Below are positions 46,390 through 56,515 of a DNA stretch of 64,000 nucleotides, piece after piece. Each line of letters starts with the position of its first letter. Within the stretch, counting starts at the first letter, position 1. The notes under the pieces are model-generated. The model was not told where the DNA came from and ran no database searches. It saw nothing but the letters and a program-made list of their open reading frames with translations. The stretch is from Eukaryota sp. TZLM1-RC (lineage: Eukaryota > Protista > Metamonada: BaSk clade): contig JAUPSS010000007.1 of NCBI GenBank assembly GCA_040285825.1, forward strand, positions 2,454,689-2,518,688. Direction: 5' to 3'. Both the position numbers and the translations under genes were made by a program.

Positions 46390-47721
46390 CTACAACAAAG
46401 TCAACGATCCACCAAACTCAAATCTAACAACTTGTTCTTCATTTTCTGCCCATTGAGGTTTACACATATTAAACTCAAACAAACCATTTGAGGTAGGATA
46501 AGCTAATCCAACTCCCATAGATGCAACCATATTAGAAAACAAGTTACCATAGCTATTGCTGACAGACCCTGCATTGATAAAACCATGGGCTACAAGAGGA
46601 GACTTTCTTAAAGGAAGAATAAACCGGGCAGCAGTGCTGAACAACCTTGTGCCGGGACCAACAGAGTTATGCTTGAATCCCCTCAATGAACCAGTCCCCC
46701 CAAGTAAAAAGCAAGATGGCGCATAAACAAAAGGCTCCGAACCTTTCTGGTTCAGAAACTCGGGGAAATAGAGACCTCCCAGAGTGCTAGACACAACCAA
46801 ACATGGAGAGGAAGGGATAATTTGTTTTAAAAGATTCCACTTAGAATACCAGAGCTTAGACAAAAGTCGAACACTCTGCTCCATCGTCGCAAATGCTCTG
46901 AGATAACGGAAATCACCTGGAGGAAGCCCCAAATCATGATCAACTCTGACAGCAAACCCTGTACTTGGTAGTTTATCAGGATGAAAGAATGGACGAGGAG
47001 CAAAAAATGCTGAAAAACTATGCCTAACAGCAAACAGCAAACCTCTCCCAAACAGTTGCACATCATTACCAAGCTTTTGAGACTGTGGTGAGATTGTTCT
47101 CCGTGTTATAGCGTGATCACCTAAATGTAACGAAAACGACTGATCTGTGTGTTGGAATAACTTGTCATGCAACTCAACGCCGACTTCCGCCTCTGAGGAT
47201 GAATGTTTTGCATCAATCCACTCGATAGATTCATGAAGTCTTCTCGCAGACATGAAGAATGGAATGTCTCTATTCATTGAGAAAAGGTTCTGAAAATCCA
47301 TACTAAACCTTATACCAGAGTCACTCGCAGCAGCCGTCCCTCCAACTCCAGGACTCATGTAGTCAACCTTAGTTGAGAGATATCTACCCAATCCCAGACC
47401 AAAGTTGGCAGCGGATGAGAAAACTGGGCGAATGTTTTTGGTATCGAGTGATGACTTCATCGATAACTTAAATCGAGAAGGCTTCTTCTCAATTGCAGAG
47501 ACGTTGATAGTACGATGCTTTCTGGATTGTTTCACAGTAACATTGGCATCGGAAAAGAGATTTGTTTCTAAAAGTTTATTCCGCGTAGCAAAAGTTGCTT
47601 CGGTCAGGCGATCGACTGGAGTGTTTAACAAAGGTCGTGAAAGACGCTCCAGAAAAGATGAAGGGATACGTCCCGATTTATGTGCAAAGTCTTTCTTGGA
47701 AACAGAGGAAAAGAATGGCAT
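46390..47721 (-). CDS. SAM50: Sam50/Omp85 outer-membrane beta-barrel assembly protein
   Basis: POTRA-like N-terminus (LLETNLFSDANV), FLLGGTGSLRGF..VGP loop-6 motif, HGFINAG, SMGVGLAY, and C-terminal beta-signal RFEFGGSLTLL. Confidence 0.82.
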   Translation of the reverse strand: MPFFSSVSKKDFAHKSGRIPSSFLERLSRPLLNTPVDRLTEATFATRNKLLETNLFSDANVTVKQSRKHRTINVSAIEKKPSRFKLSMKSSLDTKNIRPVFSSAANFGLGLGRYLSTKVDYMSPGVGGTAAASDSGIRFSMDFQNLFSMNRDIPFFMSARRLHESIEWIDAKHSSSEAEVGVELHDKLFQHTDQSFSLHLGDHAITRRTISPQSQKLGNDVQLFGRGLLFAVRHSFSAFFAPRPFFHPDKLPSTGFAVRVDHDLGLPPGDFRYLRAFATMEQSVRLLSKLWYSKWNLLKQIIPSSPCLVVSSTLGGLYFPEFLNQKGSEPFVYAPSCFLLGGTGSLRGFKHNSVGPGTRLFSTAARFILPLRKSPLVAHGFINAGSVSNSYGNLFSNMVASMGVGLAYPTSNGLFEFNMCKPQWAENEEQVVRFEFGGSLTLL

Positions 47722-48757
47722 GTTATACGTTATAGAATGATGGTATTGGTAAGTTGGGTTAGAGGGTATCAGCCAATCATGTTGGTATTATTGGAAACAA
47801 TGTTGTTTATCATTTCAATTGTTTATAGTTTTTGACATGAGAGTGTTTTCCCTCCAAAAAAATGCCTTTGAAAATTGTAGTCAAATGCAAAACACGTTGA
47901 ATACAATATGGGTTACCCAAAGATCTTTGCAATGATTACTTATATGGAATGTTTTTACAATATATGGGAAGCAAATTAAGAAGCCGCTACAAGCACATGC
48001 TTCAAAGAAGGTGTTCATTGACTCAAAAGCATTTTGACAAAAGTTTAAGTTTGACAAATCTTGATTGGAAGACAAACAAAAATACAAGACTTTTAGTCTC
48101 AACTTAGACTAAATGATTCATCCTCGGTGTTACTTCAAACTTTCTATGACCATGAATCCTGGAAACATTAAATAATTTTACATTAAATAATTTTACATAG
48201 AAAATTATCATTACTAATCCATATAGGATATTTCAAACGGGGGTTGTGGGAACAACTACTAGTTTTTACTGAAACTCAACAATGACAAAATTCATGGTCA
48301 CATACAGTACTTCTATCGACCATGAACATGAATTCTAATGGCGTTTTCACAAGGGGACATTGGTGTAATTGAGAAAGCTCTCTGCGGAAAAATACCTGCA
48401 GTGATTTCAGTGATGTTTCCAAGCTGATGGCCAGTATCACATTTACCGTTGGTAAAAACTGTTTTCTAAATGTTTTTCTAATTACCTCAACGTAAATGAC
48501 CCCCAAGTCCATTCAAGCCCAATGGGGGGAGGTATCATGACACATGCATCATTCACTGGTTTCCTGGATATGCCCAGAAAGGGTATCAAAGGATGCTTCT
48601 GTAGAAACAGTGTGTACACAACCAAAAATACATAAAAAAGATAGTGAAAAGTGAGTGAAATCCTCCCAGAACCAAGTTGAAGGTTAAAAACCTGGTAGAA
48701 TAGGCAACCAGCGGTCGAGAAAGGGGTGACAAGTGCAGAATTTGATAAATAAGCTCA

Positions 48758-49050
48758 TTGTTTATGTCAGATGCTCCCTATAATGATGCATTTCATCAAT
48801 CAAACTTGATTGCATTTGTTGACGAACAATTTACTATTGGTCAACATTGGATGCTTGTTGCATTCTGGATCAGTTCCAGAACAGTAAAAGTTTTTCTTTT
48901 TGATAGTCTCCGTCATAATGAAGAACAACATTCAAAAATTAATTCAACGATTTTTGAAAAACTCGGAATAAATATTAGTCAGATTTTTATCTGAAGTATT
49001 TCAATCCAATTTGTATGATTGTGGAAACTTCACCACATTGTATGCAAAAA
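48758..49050 (+). pseudogene. Ulp1/SENP-like cysteine protease remnant
   Basis: QHWMLVAF...FLFDSL, then QSNLYDCG at ~49002-49025 after a stop/frameshift, which gives the His/Asp/Gln/Cys motif order. Confidence 0.6.
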
Positions 49051-49299
49051 AGGATGATCAATATGTTTTGGTTTCAAATCAGCTCAATTGAATTGATTCA
49101 GCTCGTATTAAACATTTTGTTAATCAAGACAAAAAGATGTTCTTATAGCTGTGTTGACGATAAACGATAATCATTTGAAACAAACAAATGCTTTTTTTGT
49201 GCATGAAACCATCAGAAAGAAGCGAGCTGATGTATTGAGCACACCTTTGCAACGTGTAAGAACACTTTTCAATGAGATTCCGCTGACTCGATACAAATA

Positions 49300-50100
49300 C
49301 TTATTAATTACACCATCAAATGTCAGAATACAATTTGCTACCAGAATTTTACATTTTCATATTGAAACTTTGATGCTTGGTGAAAAGCTCAGTGATGAGG
49401 ATGAAGTCATGGTCATTTCTACTAGACAACATTCCAGCTCTCACTGTCAATCTACAAGAAGGATTGTTGCAAGTTCTGTTTCTCATATTTTTACTCGAGA
49501 ACACATTGAATTAATTCGTTGTTATTGTGAACTCGTAGAAAAGTCAACAAGACAAAAATGAACATTAATGTAAAGTTGACGATAAAATAATCAATTTATA
49601 TCAACATTCCTCTGAAAATGAATTGCCAAAGTTCATTGAAAGAATTACTAGAAACTTATAATCATCATATAACATGTGGTTTTAATTTTATCAAGTTTGA
49701 CACCCCACATATTATGAAACGTTCTGAAAAAGAGGACTTTATTAAGGGTGAGATCGATGCTAGTGAATGCGTTCAATATTATTATTTTCATTTAATAGAA
49801 TTCAATCACAATCACTTGAACCCTTTAATTGCTGGTCGATTTGTAGTTGACATTTGTAGTCTTTTCACAAATTATTACCAATGACGCACACTAAACACGG
49901 TTTCTAAGATTTTATCAGGGGAAAGTAAAATTGACGTTGATCCTTAGTATATTGCAAATTATTGGAAGGTTCAAGAAGATGATCCTTTCTCAGATTTTTC
50001 CTTATCCCAAAGAAGAACTGCAGTTGGAGTATACTGTCTGAAGGATACAGGTTTAACCGTGAAATTATTGAATTTCTTTAACAATGACCAATTCATGTAA
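49300..50100 (+). pseudogene. Family-B (delta-like/viral) DNA polymerase 3'-5' exonuclease domain remnant
   Basis: ExoI-like RILHFHIET...DEVMVIS, ExoII ITCGFNFIKFDTPHIMKR, then GRFVVDI and KIDVDP, and ExoIII RRTAVGVYCLKDTGLTVKLL (49981-50100). Stops and frameshifts are present. Confidence 0.7.
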
Positions 50101-51249
50101 ACTGTTAATAATAAACCTTATGATGGTTATAAGGACAGTCTAAAAAATGTCATCAGAGAGCCGAAAATGATTGACATGATCGAAGAGGCAGTAATTAGGT
50201 GTCAGGAAATTTCTATTGTTTGTTTAGAATTCATTTGTGGTCTTCCAAATTTCAAAATATGACCCTTACTGCTGCTGATCCCGTGAAATCTGATCTACTC
50301 TATTTTTCTGCCAATTTGGCTATTGGAATGACTCATTCAGAAAAACCTGAGTGAGATAAGTATGTTCATTTAGGTACACTCAAAATCAACGAAGATTTAA
50401 GCCAAAAAGTTCCAAATTCAAAAGAATAAGAGACAGCATACGGAATGACACTCTTATCACAATAAGTAACTCTACTGGTAGAGTGATTGATCTATCCAAT
50501 TATGAACCATCTGAAGAGCAGCAACAAAGAATGGATTTAAACAGCAGTATAATTAATCAAATGACTGAAAGAACAATTAGTTTATTAAGAGGAAAAGTAC
50601 CTCAAGAAATCAATATTCCCCACGAAATTGATTACTCATTAAATTTGAGAAATAATGAACAAAAAACTAAATCTGTAGCAGAATGGGAAACAACCAAAAG
50701 CTGTAGGTTTGATAGATTTATGGAATATATTAAACAAAAGAATTTTGTGAATAGTATTGTTGGTGAAGTCTATCATCAAAAAATATTTAGAAAACTAAGA
50801 TGGTGGGCTGAGATTAATCGCACAAGATCTGAGGCAAAAATGATCCAGAAATTCAAATCAGTAATTGGTGATCCCAGCCAAGTAGTTATCGGAATTGGAG
50901 TGTGGGAACAACGAAAACACATGAAATTAAAAGAACCTACCAAGGGAAAAGGTTCGAGAATTCTATTTAAAAAGGCTGGTTATAAGGTCTTTTTGATTGA
51001 TGAGTTTCGACCCAATTGCTGTTGTTTCAGCTGTAAGAAAGCTCAGAAAACCGAGGGTGCACATATCCTGGGCCATGGAAGAGGCATGAGATCTCTATTC
51101 GTCACGGGCTTACCATGTGTGAATCATGCGAAAGAATGTGAAATAGAGATCGGAATGCTTCGCTGGATATGTTGGCAGTGATGGAAGCACATGTAATAGG
51201 TGGAGAAAACCGGGAATACCTGCAGAGAGTCAAGGTTGACAAAGGTTAA
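50101..51249 (+). pseudogene. Fanzor1-type RNA-guided nuclease, internally deleted and frameshifted
   Basis: N-terminal KDSLKNVI..IEEAVIRCQEI, RuvC-I AADPVKSDLLY (50259-50306), FRYTQNQRR, FRKLRWWAEINRTRSEAKM, IGIGVWEQRKHMKLKEPTKGKG, RuvC-II KVFLIDEFR, HGLTMCESC, RuvC-III M*NRDRNASLDM...REYLQR. Confidence 0.85.
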
Positions 51250-51335
51250 AGAAAAAAGTGTCAAGAAGAAAATCTTCACTTCTCAAATACACAGTCTACA
51301 TCGGTGTAAAAAGGACACTTATTTCATTGTTATAG
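51250..51335 (+). ncRNA. Candidate omegaRNA (three-way junction) after second Fanzor
   Basis: Outer stem aagtgtc 51256-62 / gacactt 51314-20 encloses two hairpins: agaag/cttct (51264-51283) and tacac/gtgta (51288-51308). Confidence 0.35.
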
Positions 51336-51352
51336 ACATCATCTGTCACTGA

Positions 51353-52708
51353 ATGATTATTCGTATACGAGCTAAAACAGGTCAATATCGAGTAGAAGTA
51401 CCTGATGGTGCAACGATCGGAAACATTGTATCAGCATTCCGGCAGGAAGCTCAACTTACCCCAAATGTTCAGCTTACAATCACATTACCTTCTGGGGAGA
51501 CTATAGATCCAGCCTCATCACAATATGAATCAACACCAGCCCGAAATCTTAGAATAGTTCATGGTACTATACTACATGTGACTTCTACAACGCCCATAGA
51601 ACAACAAAAGGTAGTCCAGACACCAACACAGAAACGTTGTGCTCATCCTTCAACTATGCTGTGTCCAAACTGTGCACCACCATCAAAAGAAGACGAAGAG
51701 AAAAAAGCAGCGGATGCCATCCATCTCCCTGAGATTCCAAGTCGTGAAATTACTGAAAATCCTGAACTCCGAAGAAAACAGTGCCCAGCACATGGTCCCA
51801 ACTCTGCCTGCTCCCGATGTCTCTCCATTCCAGGAGAACGAATGAAACTAGCACGTCAGACCCTTCCTCATTCGCCGGGAATTTCTCTAAGTGTTTTTAT
51901 GATTGAGGATTTGCTGAGTTATATTCGATCTCTTGGACTTTTGGTTCCTCGTATTAGTTTTCTCTATGGCTTGATTGGTAAGAACAACGCCTTAGCAGCC
52001 CAGGTTTCATATGATCCGCTGCAATCAGTTGATAATAACCAAGTCAAACTTGAAAATGACGCTTTTCTTCCATCTGTGGAGGCTCTTGCAGATTCATTTG
52101 GTTTTACAAAGGTGGCTGTGATATCTGCAAGACCTGAGAAATGTTCTTCTATACTATATCCCACAGAAGTTTTGTTTTGTGCACAACAACAATCCACGAA
52201 TCCTTCTTTTGCTTTGGTTTTAATAACACCGCAAGAGGAGGGGTCGTCCGAAGCTTCAGTGGAAGCTTTCCAAGTTTCTCAGCAAGCCATACACTTAGCA
52301 AAGAATGATTCTCTTGAAGTTTTAGCTAATGAAGATGGGACACCCAGCATATATACCAGAGTTCCGGTTTTGATTGAAGGCAAAGAAACTCAGTGGCCAA
52401 GCGTGGAGTTTTTTGTAGTTCCAATTGCAATTCACCAACATAAAGGTCCACTCAAACAAAATTTTCCCGCACCAAACCGCCAAGATAGTCCAGTCCAGCC
52501 ATCATCTGTTTCATTATCGGAAGCTTTGGCAGGAAGTCGTAGTGATTCTGACTTTTTAGAGCGATGTTGTGATTGGAATTTGATTGTTTGGTTAAGTCAA
52601 GTTTTAGGTGTTGATACTGGCTCAGTTTTGGGACAATGTGTAAAGAACAATAACTTTGAAGGGAGACAAGGTTTAAGAGTTTTAGTGGAATCATTACTGG
52701 AAATGTAA
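51353..52708 (+). CDS. NPL4: NPL4-like Cdc48/p97 cofactor (UBL, zinc fingers, MPN-like)
   Basis: MIIRIRAKTGQYRVEV ubiquitin-like start, CAH..MLCPNCAP and CPAHGPNSACSRC zinc fingers, RISFLYG, YDPLQ, VEAFQVSQQA, FPAPNR. Confidence 0.8.
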   Translation: MIIRIRAKTGQYRVEVPDGATIGNIVSAFRQEAQLTPNVQLTITLPSGETIDPASSQYESTPARNLRIVHGTILHVTSTTPIEQQKVVQTPTQKRCAHPSTMLCPNCAPPSKEDEEKKAADAIHLPEIPSREITENPELRRKQCPAHGPNSACSRCLSIPGERMKLARQTLPHSPGISLSVFMIEDLLSYIRSLGLLVPRISFLYGLIGKNNALAAQVSYDPLQSVDNNQVKLENDAFLPSVEALADSFGFTKVAVISARPEKCSSILYPTEVLFCAQQQSTNPSFALVLITPQEEGSSEASVEAFQVSQQAIHLAKNDSLEVLANEDGTPSIYTRVPVLIEGKETQWPSVEFFVVPIAIHQHKGPLKQNFPAPNRQDSPVQPSSVSLSEALAGSRSDSDFLERCCDWNLIVWLSQVLGVDTGSVLGQCVKNNNFEGRQGLRVLVESLLEM

Positions 52709-52812
52709 ATGCTGATGGTAGTCTTGAAGGAATAAATTCTGCAAGGTTTTGTTTATTTGAAAAGGAATAAATAGAGGAAAAAAGATTATATTGTTTGTAT
52801 ATGTGGATTAAA

Positions 52813-54648
52813 CTATATTGTCAATTGGGAAAATAACATTTCTAAAAACTTTGGAAAGTCTCCCAAATCAGAAACTGATTGGATCAAATCACTAATTTGA
52901 TTGGAGTTCATATCACCAAGTTGTTTTGTGTAAGATAAGCACATTAGCTCATCATCTAGAGAATTCAAAACCAGCTGGTTTAAAGTATTAATATTTAAAA
53001 AGGAAGAAAATGGTACTTTCATAATTAAAAGGGCCTTTAAAACCTCAGAATAATTTTGAATTTTGTTGTAATTGTCAACTACAAGATCAATAGCATTTTT
53101 ACCATGTAGATCCGATACACAAACCCTACATCTCATCTTGTATAATGAAGATAATAATTCTAAATCTCCATGTTCAGCTGCACAAAGAAACAAAGTTTTC
53201 CCTGATGTTGGGTGTTTGAGTTCAATAAATGATTCAGGAAAAACTTTTTCATTTAGTAGATAATAAATTAATTGAGTTTCTCCATTAGTCATCAAATCAG
53301 CAATGGTGCTGAAATGTTCGATTTTGGCATCAATAGCAGTTAGAGCAGTGATGATTTCGAAACAAAGGACACGGACCGCAGCCTCCAAACAATCATTTTT
53401 CCTTTTGATTAAGTCAGGACAATCAATCAAACCTCTTTCAATTAAATGACGTGCACATTTGACAGATAAAGTCCTGACCGAATAAAACAACAGAGCAGTT
53501 TCGTGGCAGAATAGTTTCGTTTTACTGATCAAAATGGCAAGAATTTTATCATTATCATTGGCAAATACAGAACTTTTCAAAAAATTCATTAACAAACCGG
53601 GAGAAAGAAGTTCTGGGTGAATATGATCAATTAGAAGGTTAAACAATGATGAATTTGACGAAATAGAGGAAAGTACTGAACAAATGTTCCCTGAGTGACA
53701 GTTTCTACCGGCTGAAGCAATCAAGTTGATTGATTGCTTCGTAAAGAGCGGGTCCACTTCAACAAGTTGCTGACTTAAACTACTTAAACAGTTGAAATAC
53801 TCTTCCTTAAATTCAAAATCAGTGCGATTCAATCCAAATAATAATTCAAAAGGATTTTGATGTGCATAATTGCTAGATTTAGACAAGGAATTTACCAAGG
53901 AATTGACGAAATTAAAACCTTGAATAACTGAAATAAAATCATTTTCAAAACCTGTCCACTTGAATAAAATTGATGAATTTGAAATTAAACTTGACAAATG
54001 ACCAAGAAAAGGAGCAAAAACTACCTCGGTTTTGGCTTTCACCAGTGTAGAGCAAATAGAAGAAGCACTTGAATTTAGTTTTTCACCGCAACATCTAATT
54101 CCAAAAAGATTAACATACAACGGCTTGGATTCTAGAAAACAACAAATTAAAGAAGGTTCTGCTAATGAACAGAAAGAAAGATCTATTGCTTTAAGTGAGG
54201 TCAATTGGGTCCCTATTTGGACGCAAAACTCACTACACAGAGCTAGTGACCGTAGGGAGAGAAATTGGAGAGAAGAGGAACACTTTAAGTTAGGTCTAGG
54301 TAAGAAAGAATAAGACAGATCCAAGAACGTCAGTGGGGAAGAGGCAAAATGTTCTAAAAACTTGCCACCTTTACAGTTTCGTAGAGATAAAGACCTTAGC
54401 GCAGATGGATTAAAGAAGCGTGTATCTATTGATGAAGTAGCGATCCCAAAACATGACAAATGATTAATGTTCGAATGGTGGTAAAATGAAATAGGAAATA
54501 AAGCTGAATTGTGTAAATAAACAATGGATGGACAATGTCTATTTGTAAAAGAAAACCTGGAAGAAAAGTACCTTGAAACAGACACTATTCTGAACTGACT
54601 AGGTACTGAAAGATAAGGGAAGGAGAGCTTTAGGGGAAGTATATCCAT
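52813..54648 (-). CDS. Leucine-rich-repeat + ankyrin-repeat protein
   Basis: LRR-like segments LRSLSLRNC, LTFLDLSY and LKAIDLSFC. Ankyrin-like segment GKTLFLCAAEHGDLELL..GKNAIDL. Confidence 0.65.
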   Translation of the reverse strand: MDILPLKLSFPYLSVPSQFRIVSVSRYFSSRFSFTNRHCPSIVYLHNSALFPISFYHHSNINHLSCFGIATSSIDTRFFNPSALRSLSLRNCKGGKFLEHFASSPLTFLDLSYSFLPRPNLKCSSSLQFLSLRSLALCSEFCVQIGTQLTSLKAIDLSFCSLAEPSLICCFLESKPLYVNLFGIRCCGEKLNSSASSICSTLVKAKTEVVFAPFLGHLSSLISNSSILFKWTGFENDFISVIQGFNFVNSLVNSLSKSSNYAHQNPFELLFGLNRTDFEFKEEYFNCLSSLSQQLVEVDPLFTKQSINLIASAGRNCHSGNICSVLSSISSNSSLFNLLIDHIHPELLSPGLLMNFLKSSVFANDNDKILAILISKTKLFCHETALLFYSVRTLSVKCARHLIERGLIDCPDLIKRKNDCLEAAVRVLCFEIITALTAIDAKIEHFSTIADLMTNGETQLIYYLLNEKVFPESFIELKHPTSGKTLFLCAAEHGDLELLSSLYKMRCRVCVSDLHGKNAIDLVVDNYNKIQNYSEVLKALLIMKVPFSSFLNINTLNQLVLNSLDDELMCLSYTKQLGDMNSNQISDLIQSVSDLGDFPKFLEMLFSQLTI

Positions 54649-54733
54649 AGAAATATTGAATGTAGAGTCTTGGATTTTGAAATAAGATGTTTGAAACTTC
54701 GTTTCACAGTCTGTTCATCTGGTGCAATCTGCG

Positions 54734-55657
54734 ATGAATCAAATCAACAACGTACAGACTCAACGTTATACTCGAGTATGCATAATACTATGTTCCTAAC
54801 ATAAGATTGAGAAGGTTGGAGAAGGTACGTATGGTGTCGTTTACAAATGTCGCGATACAGAAACCAACAATCTTGTTGCCTTGAAGAAGATCCGCCTTGA
54901 AAACGAAGATGAAGGTATTCCTTCCACAGCCATTCGTGAAATCTCTCTTCTAAAAGAACTTCGCCATCCTAACATTGTGCGCCTAGAAAACATCATTCAC
55001 AACGATGCACGGCTCTACCTTGTTTTTGAGTTCCTCGATCAAGATTTAAAGAAACATTGTGATAGTCTTCGTGGTGCCAAATTGTCTCCAGTGCTTGTCA
55101 AATCTTTTATGTATCAGCTACTATCTGGTATTGAGTTTTGTCATGCTCATCGTGTTCTTCATCGTGATTTAAAACCACAGAACTTACTTATCGATCGATC
55201 TGGGAACCTCAAGCTTGCTGATTTTGGACTGGCCCGTGCCTTTGGAATTCCTGTTCGTAAGTACACTCATGAAATTGTCACCCTCTGGTATCGTGCTCCC
55301 GAAATTCTTCTCGGTGCACAGCATTATGCCACACCTGTCGATATCTGGTCTATTGGATGTATCTTTGCTGAAATGGTCAAATCTACCCCCCTTTTCCCTG
55401 GTGAATGTGAAATTGAGCAATTGTACAAGATATTCCAAATTTTAGGAACACCAAATGAAGATATTTGGCCTGGTGTTTCTTCTCTCCAAGATTATTGTGA
55501 TGCTTTTCCACAGTATTCTCCTAAAAACTTAGCTGATGTCGTGCCCGGATTATGTCCCCAAGGTTTGGAACTTTTGGGTCAAATGCTCGTGTACGAACCT
55601 GGACGAAGAATCAGTGCCAAGGAAGCTCTTCGCCATCCCTATTTCAGCTCTATGTGA
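54734..55657 (+). CDS. CDK1: Cyclin-dependent kinase CDK1/2 (intron 54776-54805; ~297 aa)
   Basis: [47 protein letters not shown] 30-nt intron links the upstream ATG. The gene is divergent from the LRR-ANK gene across 85 bp. Confidence 0.95.
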
Positions 55658-55749
55658 ATAAATTAATACATTGTAATTTTGTTCTGTTTTTTACTAAAAA
55701 ATTTAAAAATAAAAGATTATCACATTTTCCCAATTTATATGTTTTTTTA

Positions 55750-55960
55750 AAATACTAAACAAAGTGTATTGAACTAAAATTCCCTCTACAAAATCTTGAT
55801 CTGTTTGCTGTCTAGCTAAAGCTTCTCTGATTCGATTGAAAAACCGAGGTAATCTATTAATACTGGCAAATTGAATTCGAGAGCGCCATAAAAAGATATC
55901 AAATCTTTTCATTGTTTTTTCTTGAACCATTTTTTGGGAATCATCCAAAAAAGTTCCTGT
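55750..55960 (-). mobile_element. 5'-truncated 3' end of family B CRE-like retrotransposon
   Basis: KTMKRFDIFLWRSRIQFA..RLPRFFNRIREALARQQ is near-identical to 17985-18170. Confidence 0.85.
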
Positions 55961-56159
55961 ATATGTATATGTTTTACAGTTGACATCAGACACTCAAAGT
56001 TCTAAACAAAAATTCGTTTTCATTTACATATGTATTTGGATTGGTACACAATGTGGTAATTAGTTTTGATTAACAAACTAATGGCTGTAAAACCAGAGTA
56101 GTAAATTCTCAAATTGAATGATAAAATGTCATACAACCAATTCAATCGACACTACGATT

Positions 56160-56280
56160 GTCCAAGTTCAGTTCCAAACTGGTTGGGAACTTTTTGAACC
56201 GGTTCAGTTCAGTTCAGGTTCACTAATGTTAGGTTCAGGTTCCCAACCAGTTTGAACCAATTCGGGACCAGTTCAATACA
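56160..56280. repeat. GGTTC/GAACC-rich palindromic MITE-like repeat
   Basis: Perfect 16-bp inverted repeat at 56175-56190 / 56239-56254, tandem gttca units, and homology to 833-900. Confidence 0.65.
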
Positions 56281-56515
56281 TGTAGTTATACAAAATGAAA
56301 CATCAACAAATGTTCTGAGTTATTTGTGTTTAGTTTATTCATTTAACCCTTCTCATAAAAAATAACTACAGGATACTAACTCAACTATTAGTAATCAATT
56401 CAAATAAAGCAGAACATCTACTTTGTCAATTTGAACAGAAGTCAAAAAGTTTTCTGAACTGACACTTATCAATTTGAATGTGCCTCGTCCAACACATTTA
56501 GTTATCTTCTACAAG

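Noticed and set aside
47880-48700. Cys-rich minus-strand fragments (CPL...CDHEFCHC) as a RING-finger gene
   Set aside because: The ligand set is incomplete and there is no continuous frame, so it is too weak to call.
51130-51150. TGA at a conserved Trp in the Fanzor, suggesting a reassigned genetic code
   Set aside because: Host genes end in TAA, TAG and TGA (CDK ends in TGA) and have no internal stops after splicing. The TGA lies in a frameshifted pseudogene.
56160-56280. CRISPR-like array
   Set aside because: It has only irregular 5-6-nt units and one inverted repeat, with no constant repeat-spacer periodicity.
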